Positions 40,553-52,289 of a stretch of DNA of 64,000 nucleotides are shown here, piece after piece. Source of the DNA: Octopus vulgaris. Lineage: Eukaryota. The stretch lies in assembly GCA_951406725.2 (NCBI GenBank), contig OX597815.1, positions 173,848,001 through 173,912,000 on the forward strand, read 5' to 3'. How positions within the stretch are numbered: the stretch's first letter is position 1; each line of letters begins with the position of its first letter. A program made the position numbers and the translations under genes. The notes beneath the pieces are model-generated. The model saw only the letters and a program-made list of their open reading frames with translations. It was not told where the DNA came from and searched no databases.

Positions 40553-42017
40553 AAAAAGGCGACCGCACATCGCCTGTCAACTATCGCCCCGTCAGTCTTA
40601 CCAGCTGCATCGCCAAACTGATGGAATCCTGTATCAGAGAAACCCTCTGGAACTTCTGGAAGTCTCACAGCCTCATCCAGCCGTCACAATTCGGATTTAT
40701 TCCTAACTCCAGCTGCTGTAATCAACTCATTGAGTTTCTTGAGGATGTTACCCAAATCAATGATCGTGGATCCTGGGTGGATGTTGTTTACCTGGACTTT
40801 GCTAAGGCTTTTAACTCTGTGCCACACAAAAGACTTATGGTGAAGCTTTCTGCGTTGGGTGTAAGAGACGAACTCTATAACTGGTTAAAGTCCTTTATTT
40901 TCGACCGAAAAGAGGTTGTCACAGTTCTAGGACAGCACTCTTCGCCCTATGAGATGACATCTGGTGTGCCGCAGGGATCTGTTCTTGGCCCCCTTTTATT
41001 TGTTGCATATGTTAATGACATAGATGCCAACTTAAAGAATGCCACAGTGCTGAAATATGCAGATGACATCAAGCTGTACCTCGAAATAAAGAGGTCAAAT
41101 CCTATACACTATGGATCTCTATTGCAAGCAGACCTGGACACAATGCAGCAGTGGATCATGGACTGGCAACTCAAGCTGGCTGTGGACAAATGTACCACCA
41201 TGCATTTTGGGAGGAGAAACCCAGCGTCCACCTACTCCCTCCACAACACTAGTCTCAAAAAGTCTTCAAGTGAACGTGACCTGGGTGTTATTGTCGACAG
41301 TGATTTGCGTTGGACAAAACACATCGCCAAAATTGTCAAGAAGGCTGAGGGTGTCTTGGCATCACTCACCAAATCCTTTGTGAGCCGCTCTCCGGCTATC
41401 TATCTGCGGCTTTATACAGCTATGGTAAGACCTCACCTGGAATTTGCATCACCGGTCTGGAACCCCTATCTTGCCCAGGACATCAATCGTCTGGAAGCTG
41501 TTCAGCGACGTGCAACCAAAAGAATACCCTCCATCAGGCATTTGCCATATCCTGAACGCCTTACTTCCCTGGGCATGGACACATTGAAACTCCGACGTCT
41601 GGCAGCTGACCTGGCAGACACCCATAAAATTATCAACCATCGCACAAACAATAACACTGAGCACCTCTTCAAACTCCACCCATCTAACACCCGTGGACAT
41701 ATTTACAAAGTAAGAAAACAGCACAGCTCCCATGACTTCAGGAAACATTTTTTCACGCTGAGAGTTGCTGAAGCGTGGAACAAACTGCCGGCATCGGTTG
41801 TTAGTTGTCGGAGCACTGCATCCTTCAAAACTTCCATGCTTCCTGAGATTCGCCAACACTACACTTGATTTTCTCCCCTCCATACACACACAAGCATGTT
41901 CACTTTCCAGACATTTCTACATTACTGCATGTACTTTATATGCACTTTCTGACAAGTTGTGGTGCACCTGAGCACTGTATACAATAATTTCATTATTATT
42001 ATTATTATTATTATTAT
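40553..42017 (+). mobile_element. 5'-truncated CR1-clade LINE with (ATT)n tail, young copy
   Basis: Starts at KGDRTSPVNYRPVSLTSCIAKLME; uninterrupted ORF to 41868; short 3'UTR ending caataatttc(att)n; abuts a MetaSINE-like remnant at its 5' end. Confidence 0.95.
40621..41868 (+). CDS. CR1 ORF2 reverse transcriptase (C-terminal 415 aa; endonuclease absent)
   Basis: QFGF, YLDFAKAFNSVPH, SGVPQGSVLGPLLF, YADD, ERDLGV, VRPHLEFASPVWNP and FFTLRVAEAWNKLP motifs; no stops. Confidence 0.95.
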   Translation: MESCIRETLWNFWKSHSLIQPSQFGFIPNSSCCNQLIEFLEDVTQINDRGSWVDVVYLDFAKAFNSVPHKRLMVKLSALGVRDELYNWLKSFIFDRKEVVTVLGQHSSPYEMTSGVPQGSVLGPLLFVAYVNDIDANLKNATVLKYADDIKLYLEIKRSNPIHYGSLLQADLDTMQQWIMDWQLKLAVDKCTTMHFGRRNPASTYSLHNTSLKKSSSERDLGVIVDSDLRWTKHIAKIVKKAEGVLASLTKSFVSRSPAIYLRLYTAMVRPHLEFASPVWNPYLAQDINRLEAVQRRATKRIPSIRHLPYPERLTSLGMDTLKLRRLAADLADTHKIINHRTNNNTEHLFKLHPSNTRGHIYKVRKQHSSHDFRKHFFTLRVAEAWNKLPASVVSCRSTASFKTSMLPEIRQHYT

Positions 42018-42043
42018 ATAATCTACTATAACCCACCATGAAA

Positions 42044-42074
<31 letters not shown>

Positions 42075-42919
42075 ATGAAAAATGAGCCTGTGTTAAGAAA
42101 TCAATACTGATATGTTGTACTGATGTCAAGAAACATTTCCAGAAAATAAAAGTTGTCAAACACTCAAAACAGGAAATGAAAATTAGTTTACAATTAAAAA
42201 ACACTGTTCCCAGTTGGTAAAGGGAACAGTTTCATAAATTTCCAAGTGGACCAAGGTGCTTGAAAAGGTACTGGAAGGTTGTCCATGTCATTTACAATTT
42301 AATACTAGTGATCTTTTATTGTAACATTTATTTATTTTAAAGCAATAAACAATTATTAGAACAAAATAATTCTTAAAAGTTTATCAGAGAAGGAACCATG
42401 TGTTGATATCTTCATGAAGGATGATATATTGTTTCTTTTTATTACATATTCCTACAATAGTAACAAATATAGAATAACTGATGTTGGAAATTTATTTCTA
42501 AAATAGCATGAGTAATTATTTTGAAAATTTTGAAATGGAGTCATGGCTGGAAGTTTAAAGAAAAAAGTTTATTGCTTAGAAAAACTTGAACTGACAAAAC
42601 TTCAAAAATGAAGAGTAAAAACTCATCTAAAGTATTCTTCTCAACCAAACTTTTCATATTTTTGCAGAAAATCTCTTTCAGAAGTTGTATCAATTTAAAT
42701 AGCTTAACCTATAATTTAAATACAGACACTTTAAAATTAGAACAAATTTAAACAACATGACTATGTATGAGAACATAGCTACAAGTAGACTACACTCATA
42801 TATAAGTAGCTGGAAGAGCATGTACAGATGGTTCAATAACTTATATGTACATATTTATGTAGCTTGCAAATTTTCATATTCCATGTAGAAAATAATATTT
42901 CTATCTTTTTCCTAAAAGC

Positions 42920-43740
42920 ATAATGGATCAACAGAAGTGAGTGAGAAAATCAGTTACCATAGAAACTAAGAAGGAAATATTTAAACATGGAAATGGAACA
43001 CGTATTAACAAACTTAGTTTGGAGAATACAATAGAAAAATAAACAGTCTGCACAGTACTGAAAAACAAGTATACATTAAAAAGTTTTCAGCTGGCTAAGG
43101 GAAGAACTAAACTTAGTAAATCTCATTACAACTTTATTGCAGAAATGGAAAGAAGGATGGTTCAGTGCTAGTCACAAGCTGGTGAAAGACTGGCTAACCT
43201 TACTTCTTTGTGTGGATACTTCTTGGAATATAAGGTAAAACTTCCTTAGATCAGATCATTCAGGAACATTCTCAAGAACTGTCTTGATGTTTTGTGACAG
43301 TTGAACCAAAATGCTTGGGTGACCAGGGATGTCTGCGGTGTTTTGTCCTACTGTGTGCGAGTAATTCAGAGACAATAATCTTGCCCTCAAAGCCCTTTTA
43401 GTCATGGATAATGCCCCAGTCCATTCTTATTATTTGATGGACCCATTGCCAGAACAGTGCAATACACCTCTTTTCCAGCCCTTGGAGTAGCAGATTTTAA
43501 AAAACACTATATATGAAGGTACTCGTTAGAAAATATTTTGGGGTCATTTCTTTCAGAGGTGAGACACTGAAGAAATTTTGGAAAAGTAAGTTTGATATTG
43601 CTGATGCTGTGCTAATCATTGTATGATCTTGGATGGAGGTTTCAGTATGTTGTTTATCTGCTGCTTGGAGACCATTGTAGCCTGAAACTGTGCTTCCAAA
43701 AGACTATGAAGGCTCTGAGAAAGTGAAACAGCACAAGTGG
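42920..43740 (+). mobile_element. Tigger/pogo transposase remnant
   Basis: KLVKDWLTLLLC, NQNAWVTR, KALLVMDNAPVH and NTPLFQPLE match Tigger DDE motifs KDRLTLLLC, NKKAWVT, LLLDNAPGH and QPMD. Confidence 0.8.
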
Positions 43741-44251
43741 GAAGTAGGGACGTAATGGTGTGAGCCACATTCAGCAGCTTAGGTGTTGGTCCAATTGTTA
43801 AGGTTGATGGCAGACTGAACAGTGTGGGATATCTGTAATTAGTAAATGAAAATGTGCTGCCATATTTAAATAATCAGATGCCACCGGGATCTATCTACCA
43901 GTAGGACAATTGCCCTGTTCATAAAGCTCGGAAAGTTTTGCAATATTTTGAGTGCAATAATATGGTGGTTATTGAGTGGCCTCTGCAGAGCCCAGATTTG
44001 AATCTGATAGAAAATTTATGGAATTATGTTTCCTAAAAGAGTTCATGCTAAAAACCCAACAAATTTGTCCCAATTATATAATTTTATTGGCAGAACATTC
44101 CAAGTGATTTTTGTGGTCATTTGTCAAACTCCATGTCCCACCATTGCAAAGTCATAATTGAAAATAACGGCTAGGGAACTAGATACTAATAATAAATTTT
44201 TGTTCAATGATCATTTATGCTGAAAATTTTCAATTTAAACAAAATAATGTT

Positions 44252-44730
44252 TCATTATTTACATTTGACAGATATTTGTCCTCCTCTTGTTTGCTGTTAA
44301 CATAATGTTTTGACTGATATACCCTCCAGCCTTCATCAGGTGTCTTGGGGAAATTTCTCATTCCTAAGGTATGTTGTTATTGTTATTATTATTATTATCA
44401 TTATTATTATTATTATTATTTTGGTCACTGCCTGGAATTGAACTCGGAATCTTGGGGTTAGTAGCCTGCGTAGTGGTTAAGAGCGCAGGCTACTTACTAA
44501 CCCCAAGATTCCAAGTTCGATTCCAGGCAGTGACCAGAATAATAATAATAATAATCATAATAATAATAACAACATACCTTAGGAATGAGAAATTTCCCCA
44601 AGACACCTGATGAAGGCTGGAGGGTATATCAGCCGAAACGTTATGTTAACAACAAACAAGAGGAGGATAAATATCTGTCAAATGTAAATAATGTAGATAA
44701 TTCCTTATCTCTTAAATGTAGAACTGTATT
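44252..44730. mobile_element. Palindromic non-autonomous retroelement: tRNA-derived head, (AAT)n, hammerhead-containing tail; 11-bp TSD
   Basis: Arms 44253-44470 and 44484-44693 are reverse complements; A box TAGTGGTTAAG and B box GTTCGATTCC; TSD AAAATAATGTT at 44241-44251 and 44731-44741. Confidence 0.88.
44602..44647 (+). ncRNA. Minimal type I hammerhead ribozyme-like motif (Penelope type)
   Basis: GACAC-CTGATGA-A-GGCTG(gagggtatat)CAGCC-GAAA-CGTT-ATGTT: catalytic boxes, 5-bp stem II, palindromic ACGT stem III, stem I with one C:A mismatch; mutated mirror copy at 44299-44344 (-). Confidence 0.7.
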
Positions 44731-45419
44731 AAAATAATGTTGGTGTAGTCTTAAACTTATTTTACCAAAAATTTTTAATTATTTGAATTAATTACCCATG
44801 GAATTATTCAAATTGTAGAAAGATATATAAAGCCTATATCATTCAAAAGAGAAAAAATATCTACATAAACAGTAAAAAATAAAATAATTTTATACAGTTT
44901 TGTTAAAAATAAATTAATGAAGGAACTGTCATCATCAGTCTTATTTTGACCAGTGTGTGTGTGTATACCATCATCATATTAACATTTGCTGGCAGATGAC
45001 CTTTCTGTCAGCAAGTCTCACCCATTTTCAAGCAGCTATTTCCCCTAGTCACTTTGAACTTGACCAACACTATGGCTGCACATTTTCATGGAAGATGGCA
45101 AATAATACTGCTTATATGTCAGCAATGTTGTATAAACATACACACACGACAAAGAAATTCTACTGTACTTAAGAAGCTAAAACAAAATGAATATATTTAA
45201 GATAAGAAAAATCAACAAAATGACAAAAGTACTTATAAATTCCTGCAAGTTATTGTACATGTTAGAAGAGAATAGAAGCACAGAAAATATATTTAAAAGG
45301 AAGCATATCCGATAGCTGAATGGAAATGAAACAGCATAAAAATTTGCTTTTGCAGTAGATTAATGACAAAAAGAATATTAATAAAAATACTGCATAAACT
45401 AGTAGAAAGAACTAATGAA

Positions 45420-45477
<58 letters not shown>

Positions 45478-45483
45478 TACATA

Positions 45484-46286
45484 CAGTGTGCAATGGGCAA
45501 ATTGTTGTCATTTCAAATTTTTTATTTCATGCATGCACATTGTTTTTGATTTTGTCAACTATACAGTATAGTAGGGTCAGCTGGGCACTATCTGTGAGAA
45601 AAACAGCACCATGATGCAATTCACTCTGCCAGAAATTTAGAAATGACATGCTGTACTGCTTGGCATTCACACCAGAAGCTCCAATATGAACATTTCAGTG
45701 TGTTTTGGTGTCAATCTGCAGACATGTACTGAGATTAGCAAAAATCCAGTCATCATGCTGTTTGGAGTGATCACTAGTGATGATGACATTATGCCTACAT
45801 CATGTGCCTGGAGGAGGTAATGCTGCCCTGGGTCAAGAGGGTGGCTGCTGGAAGACCCTATGTCTGGCAACAGAACTCTGCACCATGCCATGCAAGCAGG
45901 AGTGCCCAGTCATGGCTGTCAACCAATTTCTGCAACCACATTACCCCTAAATTCTGGCCACCTAACTCTCCAGCCTGCAACCCCCTTGATTAATATGTGT
46001 GAGGCACAGCTGAGTGAGAGACCAACAAAACTCCTTATAACACCAAAGATGAACTGAGGACAAAGATTATGGCAGCATTCATCAACTTAAACAGGGAGAT
46101 TCTCTAGAAGAGTTGCAGGCAATTCAAAAGTTGTCTGGAGGCCATGGTTGAAGCCAATGGCAATTTTATTGAATAAATTTACTCTTTAGTATTTCAAGAT
46201 ATTTTAATGTAATTTGGTAAATATATCTGTTAAAAGGAGTTGCCAGTGTTATTTTCATAATTTAGGTGACAATTTATTCACTGCAC

Positions 46287-46290
<4 letters not shown>
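45484..46290 (+). mobile_element. Internally deleted maT/DD37D-type Tc1/mariner element
   Basis: YVWQQNSAPCHASR...FWPPNSPACNPLD; degenerate TIRs CAGTGTGCAATGGGCAAATTG and (reverse complement) CAGGGTGCAGTGAATAAATTG, flanked by microsatellites. Confidence 0.85.
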
Positions 46291-46331
<41 letters not shown>

Positions 46332-46347
46332 AAGTTGGATGAAGCTG

Positions 46348-46490
46348 GTTTATGGGATTACCTTAGGTTTCATATCCATAAAGGGGTTAGCTTAGAGGCC
46401 ATTAGCCAACAGATTTTGGGATCTGATGATAGTGACATGCCATAAAGCTAAGCCCTTTATGGACATGAAATCGAAGGTAATCCCATAAAC
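46348..46490. repeat. Short inverted repeat / MITE-like hairpin
   Basis: gtttatgggattaccttaggtttcatatccataaaggggttagctt pairs with aagctaagccctttatggacatgaaatcgaaggtaatcccataaac. Confidence 0.85.
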
Positions 46491-47129
46491 ATGCCCTATT
46501 TAACATTTATACTGCTCTGTAACTTAGAGCATGCTTCTTATGTTTACAGACAATATATATATATATATATATATAAGTTTTGGTAAACTTATTTCATGGG
46601 AAAAGAAATTACATTAAGCAGTTAAATTTTCTTGTGCATGCATATGCATGCACTATTTCAATTTGCATGTATGAATGCAACCAAAGTAAATAACAATACA
46701 TTCGAAACAGAGAACTCTGTCACCAATTGCCATATTTGTCATGTTTTATGCAACTGTGTAAGAATTTGAATTCAACCCTGCATGATTGAGTTAAATCTAT
46801 CAGAAAAGGCATGCATACATAAATTGGAGCACCTGTCAGTAGATTCAAGTCAAACAATTTAAAAGAGTGTTTCTAAAGGAAATCCTAACAGAAAAGATGA
46901 ATTTTAACCTGAACATTATTCTAACCTAAGTTATTAAAAATAAATAGGAATATGACTTGTATGTAGCTGTCACTAATTATGGAAAATAATACAATTTTCT
47001 ATTAATCATAAAGGTCCAAATTGATGTATTTTTTAATGAAAAAACAATTTTTAAAATTCATTGGAAAGCTGTGAAGTTAAACAGTTCAATGAAAACAAAG
47101 TTAACCTCTTCATATAGAAACACAATAGG

Positions 47130-47535
47130 ATATCATCATCATCACCATTTTAACATCCATTTCTCCATACTTGCAGGAGTCAGATGGAATTCATTAGATT
47201 CTTCTATAATCAAATATCTTTTCTGTCTCCATCCCTTACCTGCTCCTAAGCAAGCAAAATATTATTTCCCCATGTTGGCCATGTTTTCATAGAAGATGAG
47301 AAATGAATAACACTGCTTGTATGACAATTATGCTCATTCATGACTATAATGTCAAGATAAAGAGATACAAATAAAGATATACATATATGATGAGATTCTT
47401 TCAGTTTCCATCTACCGAATTAATGCAGGGATATAGCAGAAGACATTTGCCCAAGGTGCCATGCAGTGAAATTGAACCAGAAACCTAGTAGTTGAGAAAT
47501 GAACCTCTTAACTACACAGCTATGCCTGTGCCTAA
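47130..47535 (-). mobile_element. Composite SINE (CORE-like head plus RTE-like tail)
   Basis: (CAT)n tail at 47132; head region cttttcagtttccatctacc...gaagacatttgcccaaggtgccatgcag...cacagctatgcctgtgcc. Confidence 0.75.
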
Positions 47536-47604
47536 AAACAGGATAAGATAACGTTGAAATATGAAACTGTATGAAATAGAAATACAGGCAAAAGAAGCTT
47601 AGTA

Positions 47605-48126
47605 CAGTTGATAATCCTTTATCTGAAAATCCAAAACTTTTTCAGTGTGGAAAAATGCCACAAATGAAAAATTTCTGAAAGTATTTGGAAAATATTCTCT
47701 CTTAAAGGAGTGTTTTATGTCAACATAAAATGAAACCAAAACTGACACACAAACTGTTTTATGAGGTTGACAAGTTGATATGAAAGTGTTAGGTGCTTGT
47801 TTTGGTGAAAAGTGAAACTAATTGTTATATGACATGCAATACCTGAGGAAGTACTAAACTTATATGGAACTATTTTCATGGTGTGTGTGTGCATGCACGT
47901 GTTTGTGTGTGTGTGTGCATGTGCTTGCGGGCATACTGTGTATACATGTATATACTGACATACCATTTTATAAAACGTAAATGGATAACTTTATTTAGAT
48001 TGGGTCCTGAGCCCAAGTTGTCTGATTTTATAGCTTTAAATATACAATAATTCTGAACACTGAACAAATACAAAATCTGAAACACATCTGGTCCCAAACA
48101 TTTCAGATAAAAAGGATTATCAACTG
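47605..48126. mobile_element. Tigger-type MITE with TIRs and TA TSD
   Basis: TA|CAGTTGATAATCCTTTATCTGAAA ... TTTCAGATAAAAAGGATTATCAACTG|TA. Confidence 0.9.
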
Positions 48127-48669
48127 TATTGGTATAAAATACAAAATAAAAGTATTTTCATGAGATAAGCAATGTTGATTCAGAAGATAAACAGTGAAAG
48201 ATAAACAGTGTTGAAGTAAAATATAAAAGTCAGACTTAAGAGTATCAAATGTTTGCTACTGAGAGATTTATGTTGTATCATGGATAATAGGAATGTTGAT
48301 GTGTACTACAACTGATAGTTGAAGTGATTTAGCTGAAAGCCAAATTAATCCTCAATAAAAGATTACAATAAATATATGAAATAGGTAACTGTATTTAGAG
48401 AGAAATAATCAAGAATAAATGATGAAAACAAGAAGTATTATAGGCATACTAGTTATTTTAAAGCTCCATGGGGACATGTTGATGCAAAAACATCAACTAC
48501 AAATGACTCAACTTTCATTATTTAGATTTCATACCAAGTAATAAAATTAATATGAACTTAAAAGATGCTAATAACTAGTTACATTTCTAAAACAATAAAT
48601 ATGAAGATATGCACAAAGATGTAATACATTTATGCAACAGACAGAAAAACAATAGCACTACAGAGACTC

Positions 48670-48779
48670 ACTGTATGTGTGTGTGCATGCATAGATAGGC
48701 AGACAACCAGACAGATATATTTATATGTGTATATATGTATACATATATTTTATATATACATTTATGTATATGCGTATAT

Positions 48780-48830
<51 letters not shown>

Positions 48831-48856
48831 CTGCATACATACATACATACATACAT

Positions 48857-48891
<35 letters not shown>

Positions 48892-48892
48892 T
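48670..48892. repeat. Compound microsatellite (TA)n/(TACA)n/(CA)n, representative of many in the window
   Basis: Directly visible; similar arrays at 1915, 8283, 19683, 25496, 30770, 45420, 46290, 50803 and 54340. Confidence 0.95.
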
Positions 48893-50205
48893 AATTATCA
48901 TATTAAATCTTTTGGTCAACATCATTCTTCTTAAACAGGTATATTTCTACTTTTTTTCACTTCTGAGGTCAAATACTCAGCAAGTAGTTCAGATTTTTAT
49001 TTGACCGCTTGAAGTTCCTCAATTAGACCTAAAATGCTAATATCTTATAGAACAACAATCAAAGGACTTTCTTGGTTGCAACTATAAATTTATAAATACT
49101 TGAATTAAGATTATCTTATAAATACTTGAACACCTGATAATAGGATCAAAGCACCAAATTCAATGACTGACCCAGTGAAATTATTTTTCTCCTAATAGTG
49201 TTGTTTATGCTTGAAATTAAAAGCAACAGGTAAAATCTCAGCTGCAAGCTACAAGTAATTGCAATTTTAAGAATCACAAGTTTATTTACACTAATATCTA
49301 TAATATATATTTGTGTTTTTACATGAATTATGAAGATGGAGTAATGGATTTTTGAAGTGTTATTCATATACCGATACTGGAAAATAATTGAACATGCAAT
49401 TTGAAATATCACAAAGTTGTAGAGCAAGATAAAACTAAAAAGAAAAAAAAACTTCTCAAAAGATTCAATATATACACAATAATTTATAAATTTGTTCTTC
49501 TACTAAATTCTAAAAGATTTGTCTGATTTTCACAGTTACTGTGTATCAGTACCATAAGAAGATACCAAACAGGAAAGCATAGACCATTGCAATTAAGTTT
49601 TCCATATCTTTTCTATGAGAAGAAATATTATTATTATTGCTGTTGTTGTTATTGACTAGTATTATACTTGAATACTATATACTATATTTATTAAAATAAC
49701 AACATCTATTTATGGAACTATATTTATTAAAAAACTCAAATTAATAATTATCCAAATTATAATTTCATATTTAACTTTTTCAACTTTTAGAGAACATCTT
49801 TTAATCTCTGAGAAAGGGGGAAAGAAAAAAAAATGAGAAAGAAATATTCTAATATATTTTAGAACCAAGTACATTACTTTGTTTTTAAAATAAGATTAAT
49901 GTTAACATATCTTATTTACTGTTTTAGTAATCTCCATATATTTTGTTACTAAATGTATTTTGAATATATGATAATAAAATAATAAAATGAAGGTTTTTCT
50001 TTTAATAACTGCTGTCTTTGAGTACATAGAGCAAAGTTTTACTTTCAATTCTTCAATCAAATATTCTTTTATAGCTACAGATATAAAAAGAAAATATCAG
50101 ATGTAAGAAGTTTGAGAACCATAACACTTATCTGGGACAGAGAAAATAGTAAACAGTGTTGGGAATATAGCAAGCAAAAATGTATAAACACATGGAAACA
50201 CTTAC

Positions 50206-50668
50206 TTTCTTCTTCTTCATCTGCCATAGTTACAAAATCATTTACAGATGGTAATCCAAATGAATCAGATCTCCCCTACCAAAGCTTCAATTCTCCAAAG
50301 TAATAATCCACAAATTACGAAATTAAATCCATGTAGTATATTAAGAATAAGATCATGATGAAGAGATCTTTCAAAACGTGTAAAAGTTAGTTGTATAATT
50401 TTAGGACTTAGAACTTTACACCTTAACATTAGATATGTAACATCACAAATGATATCAACAAACGATAAGCAAAAATAGAGGTATTTTCGCTGAAATGTTA
50501 AGTGTAAAATCTTATAGAAGAGGAGTGAAAGAACGATAGATGAAGAAAGAGAGGCACCAGCAGCAGACAAGGCACCCCTGGTAAAACAGCAGCAGACAAG
50601 GCACCTCTGGTATAGAAGTAGTGATTGTACCAACTCTTTTACATGTAGAGGAAGTAACACAGAAAGAG
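50206..50668 (-). other. Candidate exon, mostly 5'UTR, ending in a coding start MADEEEE (ATG at 50227)
   Basis: Acceptor tattttAG| at 50669; aactATGGCAGATGAAGAAGAAGAAA|GTAAGT donor; unique sequence; downstream exons not established. Confidence 0.55.
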
Positions 50669-50798
50669 CTAAAATATATTTTTCACTTCAAAGAAATATG
50701 TAATAAAGTTGCCAAAAATGAGTTACTTTACATTTTTACATTCTTTAAATTATAAAATATATATATATATTTACACAAACACCCCACCACCACCACAT

Positions 50799-50843
<45 letters not shown>

Positions 50844-51416
50844 TTAAAATGAGTATTTTTATAGAAATGAAAACAAAAATATTAACAGAATAAAATACTA
50901 ACTACAAGTGTAGGGTTTCATATCATTGTCAAATCTATTGACAGTAACTCTGAAGTTTGGTGGAGTTTGATTTCTTCAACCCAGACAATTCCAATGAAAA
51001 CACCAACACCACTGAGAAATCAAAACTATATATATTTTTACACACACACATTGATAGATGAAAACTGAAAGCTCATCATATGTGTTTATTTATGTACATA
51101 TATATATATATCATCATCATCATCATAATCATCAACGTCCATCTTCCATGTGTGCATGGGTAGGATGGTTGACAGGAGTTGGCCAGGTAGAAAATCTACC
51201 CAAGGATACTGTGTCAGTTTTGGAAGGGATTTTATGGCTGGATGCCCCCTTCCAGAAACCAACCACATTACAGTGTGGACTGGATGCTTTTAACATACCA
51301 CCAGCACATTTGTGTCAGAGGATGAAAATTAGAGTGACAAAGAGACAGAAGCAGGTGTGTTGTCACAACACAAGGGACATTATATATATAAATACACACA
51401 CACTGGACAAAATAAG

Positions 51417-52289
51417 TTTAATAATATAATAATAATAATAATGAAATTATTGTATACAGTGCTCAGGTGCACCACAACTTGTCAAAAGTGCATATAAAGT
51501 ATATGCAGTAATGTAGAAATGTCTGGAAAGCGAACAGTGCATGAGTCAGATACATGCTTGCGTGTGTATGGAGGGGGGAAAATCAGGTGTAGTGTTGGCG
51601 AATCTCAGGAAGCATGGAAGTTTTGAAGGATGCAGTGCTCCAACAACTAACAACAGATGCCGGCAGTCTGTTCCATGCTTCAGCAACTCTTAGCGTGAAA
51701 AAATGTTTCCGAAAGTCATGGGAACTGTGCTGTTTTCTGACTTTGTAACCATGTCCACGGGTGTTAGACAGGTGGAGTTTGAAAAGGTGCTCAGAGTTAC
51801 TGTTTGTAAGATGGTTAGCAATTTTATGGGTGTCTGCCAAGTCAGCTGCCAGACGTCGGAGTTTCAATGTGTCCATGCCCAGGGAAGTAAGGCGTTCAGA
51901 ATATGGCAAATGCCTGATGGAGGGTATTCTCTTGGTTGCACGTCGCTGAACAGCTTCCAGACGATTAATATCCTGGACAAGATAGGGGTTCTAGACCAGT
52001 GATGCAAATTCCAGGTGAGGTCGTACCATAGCTATATAAAGCTGCAGATAGATAGCCGGAGAACGGCTAACAAAGGACTTGGTGAGTGATGCCAAGATAC
52101 CCTCAGCGTTCTTGGCAATTTTAGCGATGTGTTTTGTCCAACACAAATAGCTGGCATTCTTTAAGTTGGCATCTATGTCATTAACATATGCAACAAGTAA
52201 AAGGGGACCAAGAACAGATCCCTGTGGTACACCAGATGTCATCTCATAGGGTGGAGAGTGTTGTCCTAGAAATGTGACAAACCTCTTTT
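51417..52289 (-). mobile_element. Second CR1 copy, 5'-truncated and internally deleted
   Basis: ORFs 51583-51909 and 51991-52242 closely match the 40621 ORF; the YADD region is missing; (AAT)n tail at ~51420. Confidence 0.95.

Larger units (their letters stand above)
43745..44955 (+). mobile_element. Tc1 (DD34E) 3' half, interrupted by a palindromic insertion
   Basis: VMV*ATFSSLGVGPIVKVDGRLNSVGYL...YQ*DNCPVHKA...EWPLQSPDLNLIENLW; ends ...cttattttgaccagtg; an uninterrupted homologue of the junction region lies at 52290-52616 (-). Confidence 0.9.

Noticed and set aside
41111-41971. ORFs overlapping or antisense to the CR1 RT (also 51703-52002)
   Set aside because: Shadow frames of the LINE coding sequence
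44468-44536. Functional tRNA gene
   Set aside because: The acceptor-stem 5' strand is missing and it is embedded in a TSD-flanked repeat; treated as a SINE head. The same applies to other SINE heads
44371-44610. Poly-Leu/poly-Ile membrane-like ORF
   Set aside because: Translation of (TTA)n/(ATA)n tracts in the palindromic element
48668-48934. YI/HT/CV-rich ORFs (also near 1779, 19521, 45293, 54535 and 58786)
   Set aside because: Translations of dinucleotide microsatellites
50265-50660. 131-aa minus-strand ORF spanning most of the exon candidate
   Set aside because: GTG start, no recognisable domain, and it contains a 29-bp-period duplication (50558-50583 / 50587-50612) that is not a multiple of 3; more likely UTR
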